NCBI RefSeq assembly: GCF_009914755.1
Contig: NC_060935.1
Length of the DNA: 64,000 bases
Origin: the human T2T-CHM13v2.0 reference genome, Homo sapiens
Reading direction: 5' to 3' (one strand)
In this document: positions 16,011 through 32,310 of the stretch, in pieces
How positions within the stretch are numbered: the first letter of the stretch is position 1
Layout of the letters: every line of letters starts with the position of its first letter
Notes under the pieces: generated by a model
What the model saw: the letters and a program-made list of their open reading frames with translations, nothing else
Databases searched by the model: none
Told to the model about the DNA's origin: nothing
Position numbers and translations under genes: made by a program

Positions 16011-17563
16011 ATTTCAATTGGAAAATCAGGAAGGGCAGGAATCTTCTTTCCTAAACTTTGAAATATGCATAGGATCTCCTTAAAGAGCGGGATGGCATTG
16101 AGGTCTACCATCAGCAAATGCATGGAGCTAGGAAAGTTCATGGTCTTTTTGATGGACTTTAAGCAGTCATGTGTGACTGAGGGGTTGGGTATGTGGAAGA
16201 GCTGGTGGGAAGTAAGGATGGTATATAGAGAAGTTAGACTGTAGAGGGCTTTGAACACAATGATGGGATGTTTTTGTACATTATCCTAGATATTCCAGAT
16301 GTTTTCAGGTCTTTGAACAGAGGAGCAGGATTGTAATCTTATAGCAAAATAGATGTGATTATTGTATGCAGATAATTAGTGGTTCCTGTTTTTAAAGTTT
16401 TGACTGAAAGGGCTAATGAAAAGTGTGTAGCAGGAGAAAATTGTTGCTGTAATCCAGGGTGTGAAATGGAAACCATTGGCAGATTGTGGAAAAATGAGTC
16501 TTTTAGAGTAAGCCCAGGAAACTTTTTGTAAATACATTTGAGGCTTTTCATACTTAGAGGATTAAACAAATTTATTAGACAATAACCTTCTCTCTCAAAG
16601 AATCTTAATCTCTAGATTGGGAGAAAGGATTGGGTTGGTATGTGCACGGGAAAAAGACCTGGGCTCTTTTGGCTGACTGTGCCTGTAATTGAAAGTGGAC
16701 TTACCTCAGGAGAGTGAACTGGCTTTCAGCCTGCGGGAGAGCTTTAAGCACATTTTAAGTGTGAGCACTTGGTTTCTATTTTTAAGTCTCTGAAGATAAT
16801 GATCTGACATAGGGAACTAGCTTTTGGGGATGAATCTGCTGTGCCCAGACTTCAGCGTTGCCAACATTCTCTTTTTGATATATGAGTTGATTTGGCTATC
16901 CCTTAAGCTTATTTTGTATTTTTGTTGATTTCTACTATTGCTTATGAAGCTTTTCCATTTCTAAACTTATGATTTCAAATCATTAAAGAGTCTGGTTGGA
17001 GAAATTGTTAGGAAGGAGGCCTGATTATGAAATTGAGACTGGTGAAATGAGAATCGAATGGAAGCTCACAGCAGTTGCTTTATTGGCTGGATGGGGTGGA
17101 TGGAGTGACCAGTGAGTCACTATTTTTATTTTTTGGCTGTGGCCTTGTTTTCCTGCTTGTATAGATAATCTGGCATCTAGACTGAACTAGCATCAGGGGT
17201 GAGTGTATGTGTTAACTGGTGATTATCTGTTGGTATGAGATGGATTTTATATGTCTATCAGAATCCCTCTGTGGAGAAAACCAAATTACTACTTAGTTTA
17301 TGTTCCAGGGAATACTAATGCTATTATGCGGGTATATAGCACTTACATAACGTTGGTCCTTTTCAAAAATATTTCATGTCTGTTGTCACTTCATTCTCCA
17401 ACCACCTTGTAAATGAGATAGGGCAGGTATAATTCCTGTTTGACAGAGGGGATGCTGAGGCATAAATAAGAGACTGGGTTATGGTTTCTGGCTCAATAAA
17501 TAAATGACTGAGACAACTTATTACATTTCATTTTTGAACTGCAACTTCCAGAAAATTTTATAG

Positions 17564-17848
<285 letters not shown>

Positions 17849-18309
17849 TGAAAATATCTCATGAGCAGTTGGGATGTATACTAAAGAAAGATGGCAGTTG
17901 GATAGTTCTTTCAGATAACTGAGCCTTACATTGATACGTTTATCATTCCTTTATGAATGTTAGCTATTAATGGTCTAGCAGCTAGCATTTCAAGTAGATT
18001 GAATCCAGTATCCTGTAGTAATTTTACTTTTATAAAAATGTAATAAATTTCTTTTCTTTAATATTATGGTAAAATAGGGACCTAGTTTATATCTTCTCGT
18101 ATCTGTAATTCCCTGTATATATGGGATCTTTTTCAGAAGAATGGCATGGTTTTCTCTAATTCAGTTTTATATATTGTACTGTGGATTCTTCTGTAAGTGA
18201 AAAATTCTAAGAGTAGACCAAATATTTGATTAAAAATGGCAACCACCTTCAGAATGCATATTAGATGAGAGGCACTGAGACATAATCCGTTGGCTTAGGT
18301 GGGATGGTG

Positions 18310-18540
18310 TAAGAGAGGAAGCATGGTAAAATGATAGGAATGTTGGATTATGATGGAAAATACTTCCGTACTAGTTCTAGCCCAGCTACTCACTAGCTTC
18401 GTGACTTTTGATAAAGATCACGGTTTTTGGAACTTCACTCTCCCCATTTGTAAAGTAGAGATAATGATGTCTTATGAAGTAGGCAAGACAGATTTTTATG
18501 AGGATCATAAAAATCTCAGTAAGATGTGATTAAAGATCTA
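18310..18540 (+). mobile_element. MIR
   Basis: ttctagcccagctactcactagcttcgtgactt...ccccatttgtaaagtagagataat; many other MIR remnants (e.g. ~1130-1340, ~17320-17500, ~47550-47720, ~58140-58330). Confidence 0.6.
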
Positions 18541-18632
18541 TTTATGCTAACAAAAGGTGACATCATTTTAACAAAAGGTACTGAGACTTATTTGAATCTT
18601 GTCCTGTGGCAAAGATGAAAAATTCAAGTGAT

Positions 18633-18938
18633 ATTTATTTATTTATTTATTTTCGAGATAGGATCTCACCCTGTCAGCCAGGCTAGAGTACAGTGGCACA
18701 ATCATGGCTCACTGCAGCTTTGACCTCACAGACTCAAATGATCCTCCTGCCTCCATCTCCCAAGTAGCTGGGACTACAGGTGTGAGACGCCACTCCAGGC
18801 TAACTTTGAAAAAATTTTTGTAGAAATGGGGTCCTACTATGTTTTTTGGGCTGGTCTCCAACTCCTGGACTCAAGCTATGCTCCTCCCCCAGCCTCCCAA
18901 AGTGCTGGGATTATAGGTATGAGCCACTGTCCCTAACC
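18633..18938 (-). mobile_element. AluJ
   Basis: Diverged dimer with (TTTA)n tail. Confidence 0.85.
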
Positions 18939-19098
18939 TCTTTTTAGTTTTAATGATTATTTAAAGCAGTGATTGTTTAACAACTTTTTTTAATGTCAAT
19001 TCCAGTATCTGCTCATTAAAAAATTGAGTCAAGAAATATACAGTGAAGAAACCCCTTCAGAGTAAATAGCCTTAAAATAATTCCCGCCCACCCCACCC

Positions 19099-19377
19099 TG
19101 AGACGGAGTTTCGCTGTGTCACCCAGCCAGCCTGGAGTGCAATGGCGTGATCTCAGCTCACTGCAACCTCCGCCTCCCTGGATTCTAGTGATTCTGCTGC
19201 CTCAGCCTCCCAATTAGCTGGGATTACGGGCACATGCCACCACGCCTGGCTAACTTTTGTATTTTTGGTAGAGATGGGGTTTCACCATGTTGGCCAGGCT
19301 GGTCTCGAACTCCTGACCTCTGCCTGCCTTGGCCTTCCAAAGTGCTGGGATTACAGGTGTGAGCCACTGTGCCTGGC
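19099..19377 (-). mobile_element. AluS
   Basis: Dimer lacking tail. Confidence 0.88.
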
Positions 19378-19429
19378 AATAATTTTTAAGGATGGGAAAA
19401 GGACTCTAAATTCCACTATCCTCATGTAA

Positions 19430-19800
<371 letters not shown>

Positions 19801-19839
19801 CCATTCCATATTTTTGAAACAATTGTATTCATCTGAATG

Positions 19840-20530
<691 letters not shown>

Positions 20531-21674
20531 TGGTTTAAGGGTTTAAGCATTTTTGTAGGCCTTAAAACATTTAGTCTACTGCTCACTAATTGGTTATATC
20601 ACTAGCAATGTATGACAGTGCCAGAGTATTTTAAATTTTTGATGAGTGTCTATATAATCAGTCCTGGTTACCTTAACAAAACTTCTGTGTTCTTGCCCCA
20701 GTGTTACCTCTGATAATAGTAATTAACACCAGTACTTAGCGCATTTTGGGAATTTGGAAAATGATAGCAATTATTATTAGAATTATAATAATCATAATAG
20801 TATTTTCTAAAAAGAATAGTCATGGGGCTGGTTGAAGATCATGTTAAAAAACTTGTCTAGAGATATGATGAAAGCAAAGTGCCTTTTTTGTTTTTGTTTT
20901 TTCTCTCTTCCAGCTCAGATTATATCTTGAATTTAGGAGTTGTCATTGACTGTTTTTTGAAGTTATCTCAATGAGATATCTCAATCCAATCCTCAACACA
21001 GTTAGGGAATAGCTGGTGACAGAGCACGGGGAAGTCCGGGGTCTGGTGTTGCTGTTGAATCTGGCACTAGCTGTCAAGCCTCTTGAGGGCATTTACTCCC
21101 TCTTGCGGGCTTCAGTTAATTTATCATTAAAATGAAGGGATTGGTGATTTCTGAGCATTCCTCCCATTCCAAAATGTCATGGTTGAGTGAAGCCTATTCA
21201 TGAACTTTGTTGGGCTTTACAAACTTTTAACTACCATAGGAGGAGCTGGGAAGCCCTTTCTTTAGTAATTCTAGTTAGTGCTGTCGTATCTTGTTGGTCG
21301 GACCTATTATGACAAACGTGAATATTTGATGATCATTGTTTGGTCCTTGGTATAGAACAACCATCATAAGAGACCAATTGACTCTTCTTGATGAACCACC
21401 CATACCACCTGTTTAGTGGTAACATTTCTTAGTGTCAGAAGACAGTTTTTTATTGGAAGAATATCCGAAATGCTGGTTTCTAAGTTTTTCTTTTATTTCA
21501 GCTAAATTTACAGCAGATCCAAAGAAGATATGTGTAAAATTTAAGAAGAGATGTGTGAAATTTTTTGACTTTTGACATTCTTGTAGTGCTTTTAGGAGAT
21601 TGTTTACTTATTTCCAATCAAATACTAGTTATTATATCCCCAGAGAACAAAGCCTTGTGTTAATGGATGGATAG

Positions 21675-22028
<354 letters not shown>

Positions 22029-22167
22029 CTTAAGTTTGTTTTTCATAGTTATTTTCTTACCCATGAAATGTAAATGCCTGCCCTCTCCTGGAATACCGAC
22101 TGTCTTGAATACATCAGAAGATGAACTCTATATTACTTAATTTGGTGATCTTACCCAAGTCTCATAG

Positions 22168-22468
22168 TTTTATTTATTTTTATTTATTTTTTATGAGACA
22201 GAGTCTGACTCTGTCAACCAGGCTGGAGTGCAGAATCACAGCTCACTATAGCCTCAACCTTTTGGGCTCAGGTGATTCTCCCGCCTCAGCCTCCCGAGTA
22301 GCTGGGACTATAGGCACACACCACCATGCCTGGCTAATTTTTTGTTGTTGTTTGTAGAGCCGAGTTTTGCCATGTTGTCTAGGCTGGTCCCAAACTTCTG
22401 GGTTCAAGCAATCCACCTGCCTTGGTTCCCAAAGTGCTGGGATTATAGGCAGAAGCCACCAAGCCTGG
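22168..22468 (-). mobile_element. AluJ
   Basis: Diverged dimer. Confidence 0.85.
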
Positions 22469-22479
22469 GTCAAGTCTTC

Positions 22480-23845
<1,366 letters not shown>

Positions 23846-23899
23846 CTTTTTAATTTAATTTTTTAATAGGTAAAAAAAAATATATATGTGTATATATAT

Positions 23900-24560
23900 A
23901 TAAAGATACAAAGGTTCATATTAAGGCCTCCCTTTCACCAGCCTTCTGTCACCCTAGTTTTCTACCCCACCCTGATAACCACTGTTACTCATTTCTTGTT
24001 TGTCTTTCCTGAGATTCTTTATGCAAATACAAGTACAAATACAAATATTCTTATTCCTTTCTCTCCTCTTTTTTACACAAAGTGTACCATACTATTTATG
24101 TTTCTGTACCTTGCATTTTTCACTTACTGTCTTAGGGTTTTCTCCATATTGGTTCATAGACAGCATCCCTGTATTTTGTTTTTTTCTGCATAGTTTTGCA
24201 TTGAATAGATACACCATAATTTATTTACTGGCTCCTATTGGTGGACACTTAGGTTGTTCCAGTCTTTTGCTATACACACAGTATTGCATTGAATAACTTT
24301 ATAATACATTGTTTTGTATGAGTGACAGTATATTGATAGGGTAAATTTCATAAAGTGGAATTACTAGGACAAAGAGAATGTGTACTTGAAGTTTTGGTAG
24401 ATATTGCGAAATTGCCCTCCGTGGGAGTTGTTTTATGTGTGAGTGCTTTTCTCCCCACAGCTTCAACCACCAAGCCTATGCAAACTTTTGAATTTTTGCC
24501 ACCCTGTTAGGTGAAAAATAATTTTGCAGTATAGCTTAAGTTTGTATTTCTCCTATTATG
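23900..24560 (-). mobile_element. Old L1ME 3' region
   Basis: ggtggacacttaggttgttccagtcttttgcta...gtggaattactagg...gatattgcgaaattgccctcc. Confidence 0.65.
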
Positions 24561-24818
24561 AGTCCACATTCATAGTAGGAGATAGTTTTGCTTTGAATAG
24601 ATACACCATATCTATGAGTATTAGGATGAGGCACTTAAGCATTTGTTGAATGAATGGAATGCTGCAGAACAGCCAAAATATGCCACTTGAAACATACTCT
24701 GCAATCTGTGATTGCTTTGTTTCTTTCCGTCTTAGCATGGCTACATAGAGAAATATTTATATTTAATGGTCTTTTTCATGTAGAAGTAGGTCTTGAATGA
24801 TATCTTTTTGAAAATTTA

Positions 24819-25119
24819 GGCTGGGTGTGGTGGCTCACGCCTGTAATCCCAGCACTTTGGGAGGCCGAGGCGTGTGGATCATTTGAGGTCAGGAGTTCAA
24901 GACGAGCCTGGCCAACATGGCGAAACCTCTTCTCTACTAAAAATACAAAAATTAGCCGGGCGGTGGTGGTGTGCACCTGCAATCCCAGCTACTCAGGAGG
25001 TTGGGGCTGGAGAATCACTTGAACCCGGGAGGCGGAGGTTGCGGTGAGCCGAGATCACGCCACTGCACTCCAGCCTGGGTGACAGAGTGAGACCCTGTCT
25101 CAAAAAAAAAAAAAGAAAA
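24819..25119 (+). mobile_element. AluSx/Sz-like
   Basis: Full dimer with poly(A). Confidence 0.92.
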
Positions 25120-25670
25120 TTTCCTTGTATGATTTTACTCACATTGAATGGAAAAAAACTAAACAATTTTATTAATAAAATTTTATTAATTTTGTTTTAA
25201 ATAATTTTAGGTTTTGTTTTAAGCAATAAAACTTAAACAATAACAATAAAAATTATAAAATATTTTAAATACATTATTTTATTTCAGCCTCGTAACAACC
25301 CTATTATATTCCAGGTGTCATTCTCCTTTGAAAGATGAAGAAATTGTGGGCCATAAAGGTTAATTGACCTATCCAGGGTCACAAAGATTGAGGTAGATTG
25401 AGGACTGGAACTATTTTTTTTTAACTCTACATTCACTCATTTTTTTATATTGTGCTATAAATTTTATTGATAATATTTTAGATGCAATAGAATGCTACAC
25501 AGTGTAGGTTCATGTTTGTCATATTAGAAATAACCTCATACTCAGCAATTTCTTTCCAAATTGTATGGCTCCTTTGTTAAACTCTCTTCATTTACATTGG
25601 CATGTTCATTTTGAGGGTCTGCTGGAGAAGGCGAATTGTTTTGTTTGATTTATTCAGCCAGGTAACAAAG

Positions 25671-25970
25671 TTTTATTTATTTATTTATTTTGAGATGGAG
25701 TTTTGCTCTCGCTCAGGCTGAAGTGCAATGTGCAATCTCAGCTCACTGCAACCTCCACCTTCTGGGTTCAAGTGATTGTACTGCCTCAGCCTCCCCAGTA
25801 GCTGGGATTACAGGCACCCACCACCACACCTGGCTAATTTTTGTATTTTTAGTAGAGACAGGATTTCACCATGTTGGCCAGACTGGTCTTGAACTGCTGA
25901 CTTCAGGTGATCTGCCCGCCTCAGCCTCCCAAAGTGCTGGGATTACAGGCGTGAGCCACCACACCCAGCC
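25671..25970 (-). mobile_element. AluS
   Basis: Full dimer; TSD taacaaagtttt. Confidence 0.9.
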
Positions 25971-26499
25971 CCCAAGTTAACAAAGTTTTGGAAGAAGGAA
26001 TGATACCACTCATCTTAGAGCTAGAAATATGTATTGCAAAAACTGTTTAATTTAGACACTTTGCAGATTAAGCTAAGGAATTCGCTTTCTCAAAAGAAAA
26101 AGGGATTATCTTTCTTGTGTTTTTCACTGACTTAACAGTAATATATACTTTAATTCAAACAACACAAGAATATATACAGTATTATGTAAAAATACCCTGT
26201 AATAAAAAACAATAGTTTTAAATCCCTTATGCTTTTGTTTTTTGAAAAATGTATGGTGCGTGTATGTTAGGATATATGTATATGTATACATAAATACATA
26301 CATTTCTAAGTTTGTATTGTCAGTTAATGGTTGGAATAATTGGTTAACCATTTGAGGATAAAATGAAAAGAACAATACTTACGGTTTCATAGTGTTGGAG
26401 AAACAGACTTTTTCATAAGTGGTATTGTAAATTAGTATAATATTTGTATGTAACAATTTGGCAATATCTATCAAAGTCAAATTGTTCTTTGAGCGTGCA

Positions 26500-26500
26500 A

Positions 26501-26531
<31 letters not shown>

Positions 26532-26717
26532 AGATGGAGTCTCACTCTGTCACCCAGGCTGGAGTGCAGTAGTGCAATTCTACCCACTGCAGCCTCTGTC
26601 TCCTGGGTTCAAGCAATTCTCCTGCTTCAGCCTCCCAAGTAGCAGGGATTACAAGCATGTGCCACCACACCTAATTTTTGTATTTTTAGTAGAGATGGGG
26701 TTTCATCCTGTTGGCCA
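26500..26717 (-). mobile_element. 5'-truncated AluS
   Basis: Right arm plus part of left arm. Confidence 0.85.
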
Positions 26718-26989
26718 TAAGAGCAGCATGGAGATGACTTGGGCAGGATAAGCAGAGGGAATATTGGAAGGTTTTCAGGAGTGTCTGAACTTCTGACACA
26801 TTTTGATTGCATCTTTGAGTTTTGTGACCTTTTCCAACATACATGAAGGCTTGTAGAGTCATGAAATTTTAATGCTTACCAAGGACCTTCAATTATCTGT
26901 TCAATTCTCTAAGTTGTCTTAGAGCAATAATGAGCCCAGGGGAATTAAAGAGACATAGTGTTAGTGACAGAGGTAGAAGTAGGACTTAA

Positions 26990-27064
26990 GTCACCCGGTT
27001 GCTAGTGTTTTAACCAAAACTGTCAACCAGTTAACCTAGATTAAAACACTAGCAACCAGGTAAC
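26990..27064. repeat. Inverted repeat (24-bp arms, 22/24 match, 27-nt loop)
   Basis: ggttgctagtgttttaa (26997-27013) versus ttaaaacactagcaacc (27041-27057) is a perfect 17-bp match. Confidence 0.9.
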
Positions 27065-27471
27065 CTACATCAGTATTCACTCCACAGTACTGCAATGGGT
27101 AATCATTCGAGATGTTTGAGAAAAACAGAGCGGATGGAGTCAGTTGTGAGGGTGGAAGCGGGGAAGGAAGAAGGTTGGAGCTTTTAAGGGCTCAAATTAG
27201 AATTGGAGGAAAAAGGAGTCAGTAAGGTAATAATCACTAAAGCAAATCTGAAAGGTTTTATCCTTCTTTACTGAATTTTTTTCCCTTTAAAACACTTTCA
27301 TTGAATTTTTACTTTTTTTTTTAACAGATAAAGATATAGAGAGAATAAATCCCTTGAAAATATTTTAAATGTTTTACTGCAACATATGTTAAAAAAATTA
27401 GAGGATTAACAGTTGGTTAATGGGCTTATTTTCTTTCATATCACTTATTGTTCTTTTTTCTTCTTTTCCAG

Positions 27472-27506
27472 AATTTTATAGAAGTGAAGTGATTAAGAAT
27501 TCCTTG
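27472..27506 (+). CDS. UVRAG: UVRAG coding exon 3 (35 nt, phase 1 to 0): (E)FYRSEVIKNSL
   Basis: Long pyrimidine tract ...ttcttttccag at 27471, donor TTG|gtaagt at 27507; joins exon 2 in frame. Confidence 0.96.
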
Positions 27507-27711
27507 GTAAGTTTGCTTTCTGACGGGTACATATGACTAAGTATATACACCTGTTTTCAGAAAATGCAGAAATGTAAAATAAGTTGAGGTTCAGCTCTGG
27601 TTTTATGATACTTTAACGGATCTGCTCAATTGTTAAATCATCATTGTTTTGTTCATTGCTGTATCTCTAGTGCTTATGTAGTAGGTGCTTGATAAATATT
27701 TACTGAATGAA

Positions 27712-27833
27712 ATGACAAGTTAATGGGTGTAGCACACCGACATGGCACATGTATACGTATGTAACAAACTGGCACGTTGTGTACATGTACCCTAAAACTT
27801 ACAGTATAATAATAATAAAATAAAAAAAGAAAA
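27712..27833 (+). mobile_element. Severely 5'-truncated young L1PA (PA2-PA4-like) 3' end
   Basis: gttaatgggtgtagcacacc...gtaccctaaaactt...aataataataaaa; perfect 18-bp TSD AAATATTTACTGAATGAA at 27694-27711 and 27834-27851. Confidence 0.92.
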
Positions 27834-28189
27834 AAATATTTACTGAATGAACTGATTTTTCTGTTAAGAACTTTAAATGATAAAAACTCAAATTCTATAG
27901 TTTTCTCACTTCCATTTCCTATAAATAAGTTTCTGATTATTTCACTCGCCATATGTCATAATAAATGATATCTTTGTTCAGATATAGTTCTTAAGAATTT
28001 TATGCCTCGGGCTTTTGTATAGGATACTCCTACTTGTTTCTTGGCAGTGGCATTGCTCAGTTGGAAAGTTGTAAATATCCTACTTTTGATAATGTATACA
28101 CTGGATATTTGCATAAATGGCTCAATTTATTAGGCTGTGTTGAAAACAAAGAAGACCTTTCTGGTAATGAAAATATCTTAGTAATGGTC

Positions 28190-28646
28190 CAGTACCATCT
28201 TGGATTTGGCCCTTGTCTGCTTTTCCACCTCATCTCCTCCTCTTTTCCGCACTCATTGTGTTCCAGGTGTACCTCTTTCAGTGCTTCAAACACACAAAGC
28301 TTATCTTGTTCCTTATGTCTAGAACACTTGTTTCCTCAGCTGTTCGCTTGACTGAAGAGGTCTTCAAGGTCTCAGCTATGTCACTTCAGCAAGACCTTCT
28401 ATGGCTATCTCATCTAGAGCAGTTCTCTTTCCCCAGTCATGCTTTTTCATGACCCTGTTTTATTTTCTTTAAAGTGTTCATCACTGTTGGAAACTCTTGC
28501 TTGCTTACTTGTTTGTGTTTATGAACTGCCTCCCACCTGCTAGAACATAAGTTCCATGAAAGCACGGGCCCTGCCAATCTCGCTGCTCCTGTTACCCTGG
28601 AGTCTAGAATAGTATAGATGCTCAGTAACTACTTGTTAAATGAATA
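28190..28646 (+). mobile_element. L2 3' end
   Basis: gctagaacataagttccatgaaagca...atgctcagtaactacttgttaaatgaat. Confidence 0.6.
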
Positions 28647-29201
28647 AAGGGTTATCAATGATGTGTTGTATTTACATGTTATCCCATTTTGATCCTTAGA
28701 ACAACCTGTAAAGTAGATGGGGCAGATCTTAGGAAGCTGGTACCCAGAGAGTTCCAACAACTTTTGCAGAGTCAGAGGACTGCAGGACCAGAACCCCAAT
28801 CTAGACCTTCTGTCTTTGTCTCTACTCTTTCCTCTTCATCAAGCTGTCTTTGAAATGTCTCTAAAATATCAATAGATTTGGATTCTAGGCCAGACAGTTC
28901 CTTGAGTCCATCTCTGGGGAGGTCCCATCACCAGTAAAGCTCTGGTTCTACGTATATTATATGATATAAAATAAGTGCCTAGCATCATGCTTGATGTATA
29001 ATAGTTACTGAGTAAATATTAGTTTTTCCTCCTCTCCTTGCTCAGGTGGAAACAGAAATAGTTTGCAGACAGTTAAGAGCTAGGAGTGATTATGGGGAAG
29101 ATAGAACAGAATTTTGTGTTCATTTATTCTGTTCTCTTTTCCATAGTCAAATGTTGGGGATGGTTTTTTAATATCCATTGCTTTTCCCCCAGATTTGTGT
29201 T

Positions 29202-29241
29202 ATAATAGACCCTATGTCATAATAATAGACCCTATGTCATA
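29202..29241. repeat. Perfect 20-bp tandem duplication
   Basis: ATAATAGACCCTATGTCATA x2. Confidence 0.92.
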
Positions 29242-29786
29242 ATGGCACTTTAGTGTATTGTTCTGCATTATTAGTATTGGATTTATTAGATCTTCCCTTG
29301 GCTCCCAAATCCATATTTCTAAAGATCTCTGAATGTTAACTCCTATCTTCAACTCCTTTTGGCCTCCATCTTCAATTGCTTTGGAGCTATCTGTGAGGTC
29401 ATGATACCTTCATCCTTTGTGCACTTAGGTGGAATATTGTCTCCAAAGAATACTGTAGAATGGATTCAAGACAAGGGGGAGGATTGGACTAAAACACTTG
29501 TAGGTCCCTTTCAACTCACAGTTTATACTATAATTGTTTTCCGAATGTACCTCATACAGTGTTTGCTTGCATTGTGATTTCATGGACATTCTGTTTCACA
29601 AAGTAGATCAAATCTCCTGGAGGTCACAGACTGTATGTCTTTATATCCCCTTAGTTCCTAGTGTATTTCTATTGGGTAGTTGTTTGACAAATATTAATTT
29701 TTTGATGTTCCTTTTAAAGGTATTCTTTGAGATTTTGGCAAGGATTCTTTTTTTTTCTTTTATATCTTAATAAAGGTTCTATTAAC

Positions 29787-30085
<299 letters not shown>

Positions 30086-30694
30086 TAACTCTTTCTTTCT
30101 GAGGGAGCTCTTTTTTCTTAGCTTTTTGCTAATTCATTGTGATTGGTTCAGATTGATGGGCATTGGGCAGTACAGGAGTCAACAACCCTCAGAGAATATG
30201 CCAGAGATGGCACGTTGTTACTGCCCTTCTTGCTGCCTCTGAAGAAGCACTGCCAGGTCAACAGCAGAATTGGTTGGTTTCTTTCCTGTTTAGGATTTTG
30301 CGATTTTTAAGCTATTGTGATATTTGCTGAATAGTTAGTCGTTTAAATGCTTTTGTATTTATTTGTTACCATTGTGCTTGGCACACAGAAGACGCTCAGC
30401 AAATGTTTCTTGAATAAATGAATTCTTCCCTAAGGATATTTATTAACTTCGAAGTTATATCCTGAAACTGCAAATCTTCAATTAGATACTAAAGGATTAG
30501 GCAAAGATTTGAATACTTTATTTCTAATTAAGGCTTTGAGTAAATTTTCACTCTGGTGAACTAAGTTGGACTTTGATAAGCTTGTAAGTATCTTTTTCAC
30601 TCATGTAACTTTGAGATACAGAATGTTGTTCCTTGTTTATATTCTGAGCTTGGTTCTTAGACCAGAGTGGCTTGGTTTCATCACTCTGACGTCA

Positions 30695-31103
<409 letters not shown>

Positions 31104-31125
31104 CTAACTCTTGAATACTCCAGAT

Positions 31126-31319
31126 CACCTGTCCAATAAAACTTTCTGCAATGATGGTAATGTTCTACGTATTGTTCAGTACAGTTGCCACTGGCCACAT
31201 GTGGCCATTGAGCACTTGAAATGTGGTTCAGTCCTACTGCAGAACTGAATTTTAAATTTTGTTTAATTTTAATTTAAATAGCCACATGAGGCTAGTAGAT
31301 ATCATATTAGACAGCACAG
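31126..31319 (+). mobile_element. MER3 hAT-Charlie MITE
   Basis: ctgtccaataaaactttctgcaatgatgg...gccacatgtggccattgagcacttgaaatgtgg...agacagcacag; TSD-like CTCCAGAT/TTCTAGAT. Confidence 0.8.
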
Positions 31320-31340
31320 TTCTAGATGCTTCTGAAAAGC

Positions 31341-31640
31341 TTTCTTTTTTTTTTTTTGAGATGTTGTCTTGCTCTTGTCGCCCAGGCTGGGGTGCAGTGG
31401 CACGATCTCGGCTCATTTTAACCTCCGCCTCCCGGGTTCAAATGATTCTCTTGCTTCAGCCTCCTGAGTAGCTGGGACTACAGGTGCCCGCCAGCATGCC
31501 CGGCTAATTTTTGTATTTTTAGTAGAGACAGGATTTCGCCATGTTGGCCAGGCTGGTGTTGAACTCCTGATCTCCGGTGATCTGCCCACCTCAGCTTCCC
31601 AAAGTGCTGGGATTACAGGCGTGAGCCACCACGCCTGGCC
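31341..31640 (-). mobile_element. AluS
   Basis: Full dimer. Confidence 0.9.
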
Positions 31641-31699
31641 AGGGCTTATAATCATTAACAGGAAGAAATTTCACCTTTTTGTTTTTTTAAAAGTAGTTT

Positions 31700-32310
31700 G
31701 GCCCAGGTGCAGTGGCTCATGCCTATAATCTTAGCACTTTGGGAGACCAAGGTGGGCGGATTGCTTGAGCCTAGGAGTTCAAGACCAGCCTGGGCAACAT
31801 GGCAAAACCCCATCTCTACCAAAAAATGCAAAAATTACCCGGGAAGTTGAGGCGAGAGGATTGCTTAAGTCTCAGAGGCGGAGGTTTCAGTCAGCCAAGA
31901 TTGTGCCACTCCAGCTTGGGTGACAGAGTGAGACCCTGTCTCAAAGGAAAAACAAATTACTTCGAGCTGAGCGTGGTGGCTCACACCTATATCCCAGTAC
32001 TTTAGGAGGCTGAGGCAGGAGGATCATGTAAGCCCAGGAGCTTGAGATCAGCCTGGGCAAGATGACGAGACTCCCATCTCTACAATAAATAAATAAATAA
32101 ATAAATAAAATAAAATAAAATAATTAGCTGGGCATGGTGGTGCATACGTGTAGTTCCCTGCTAGCTGGGAGGCTGAGGCAGGGGGATCCCTTGAGCCCAG
32201 GAATTTGAGATTGTGGTGAACTATGATTGCACCACTGCACTCCAGCTTGGGCGACACAGTGAGAACCCATCTCAAAACAACAGCAACAGCAACAAAAACT
32301 AAATAAAAAA
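31700..32310 (+). mobile_element. Two tandem AluJ (31700-31953; 31965-32310, with (AAAT)n linker expansion)
   Basis: gagcccaggagtt and ctgggcaac diagnostics. Confidence 0.85.

Noticed and set aside
20884-21501. Strong pyrimidine tract + CAG acceptors at 20913 and 21501
   Set aside because: No convincing downstream donor at exon-like distance
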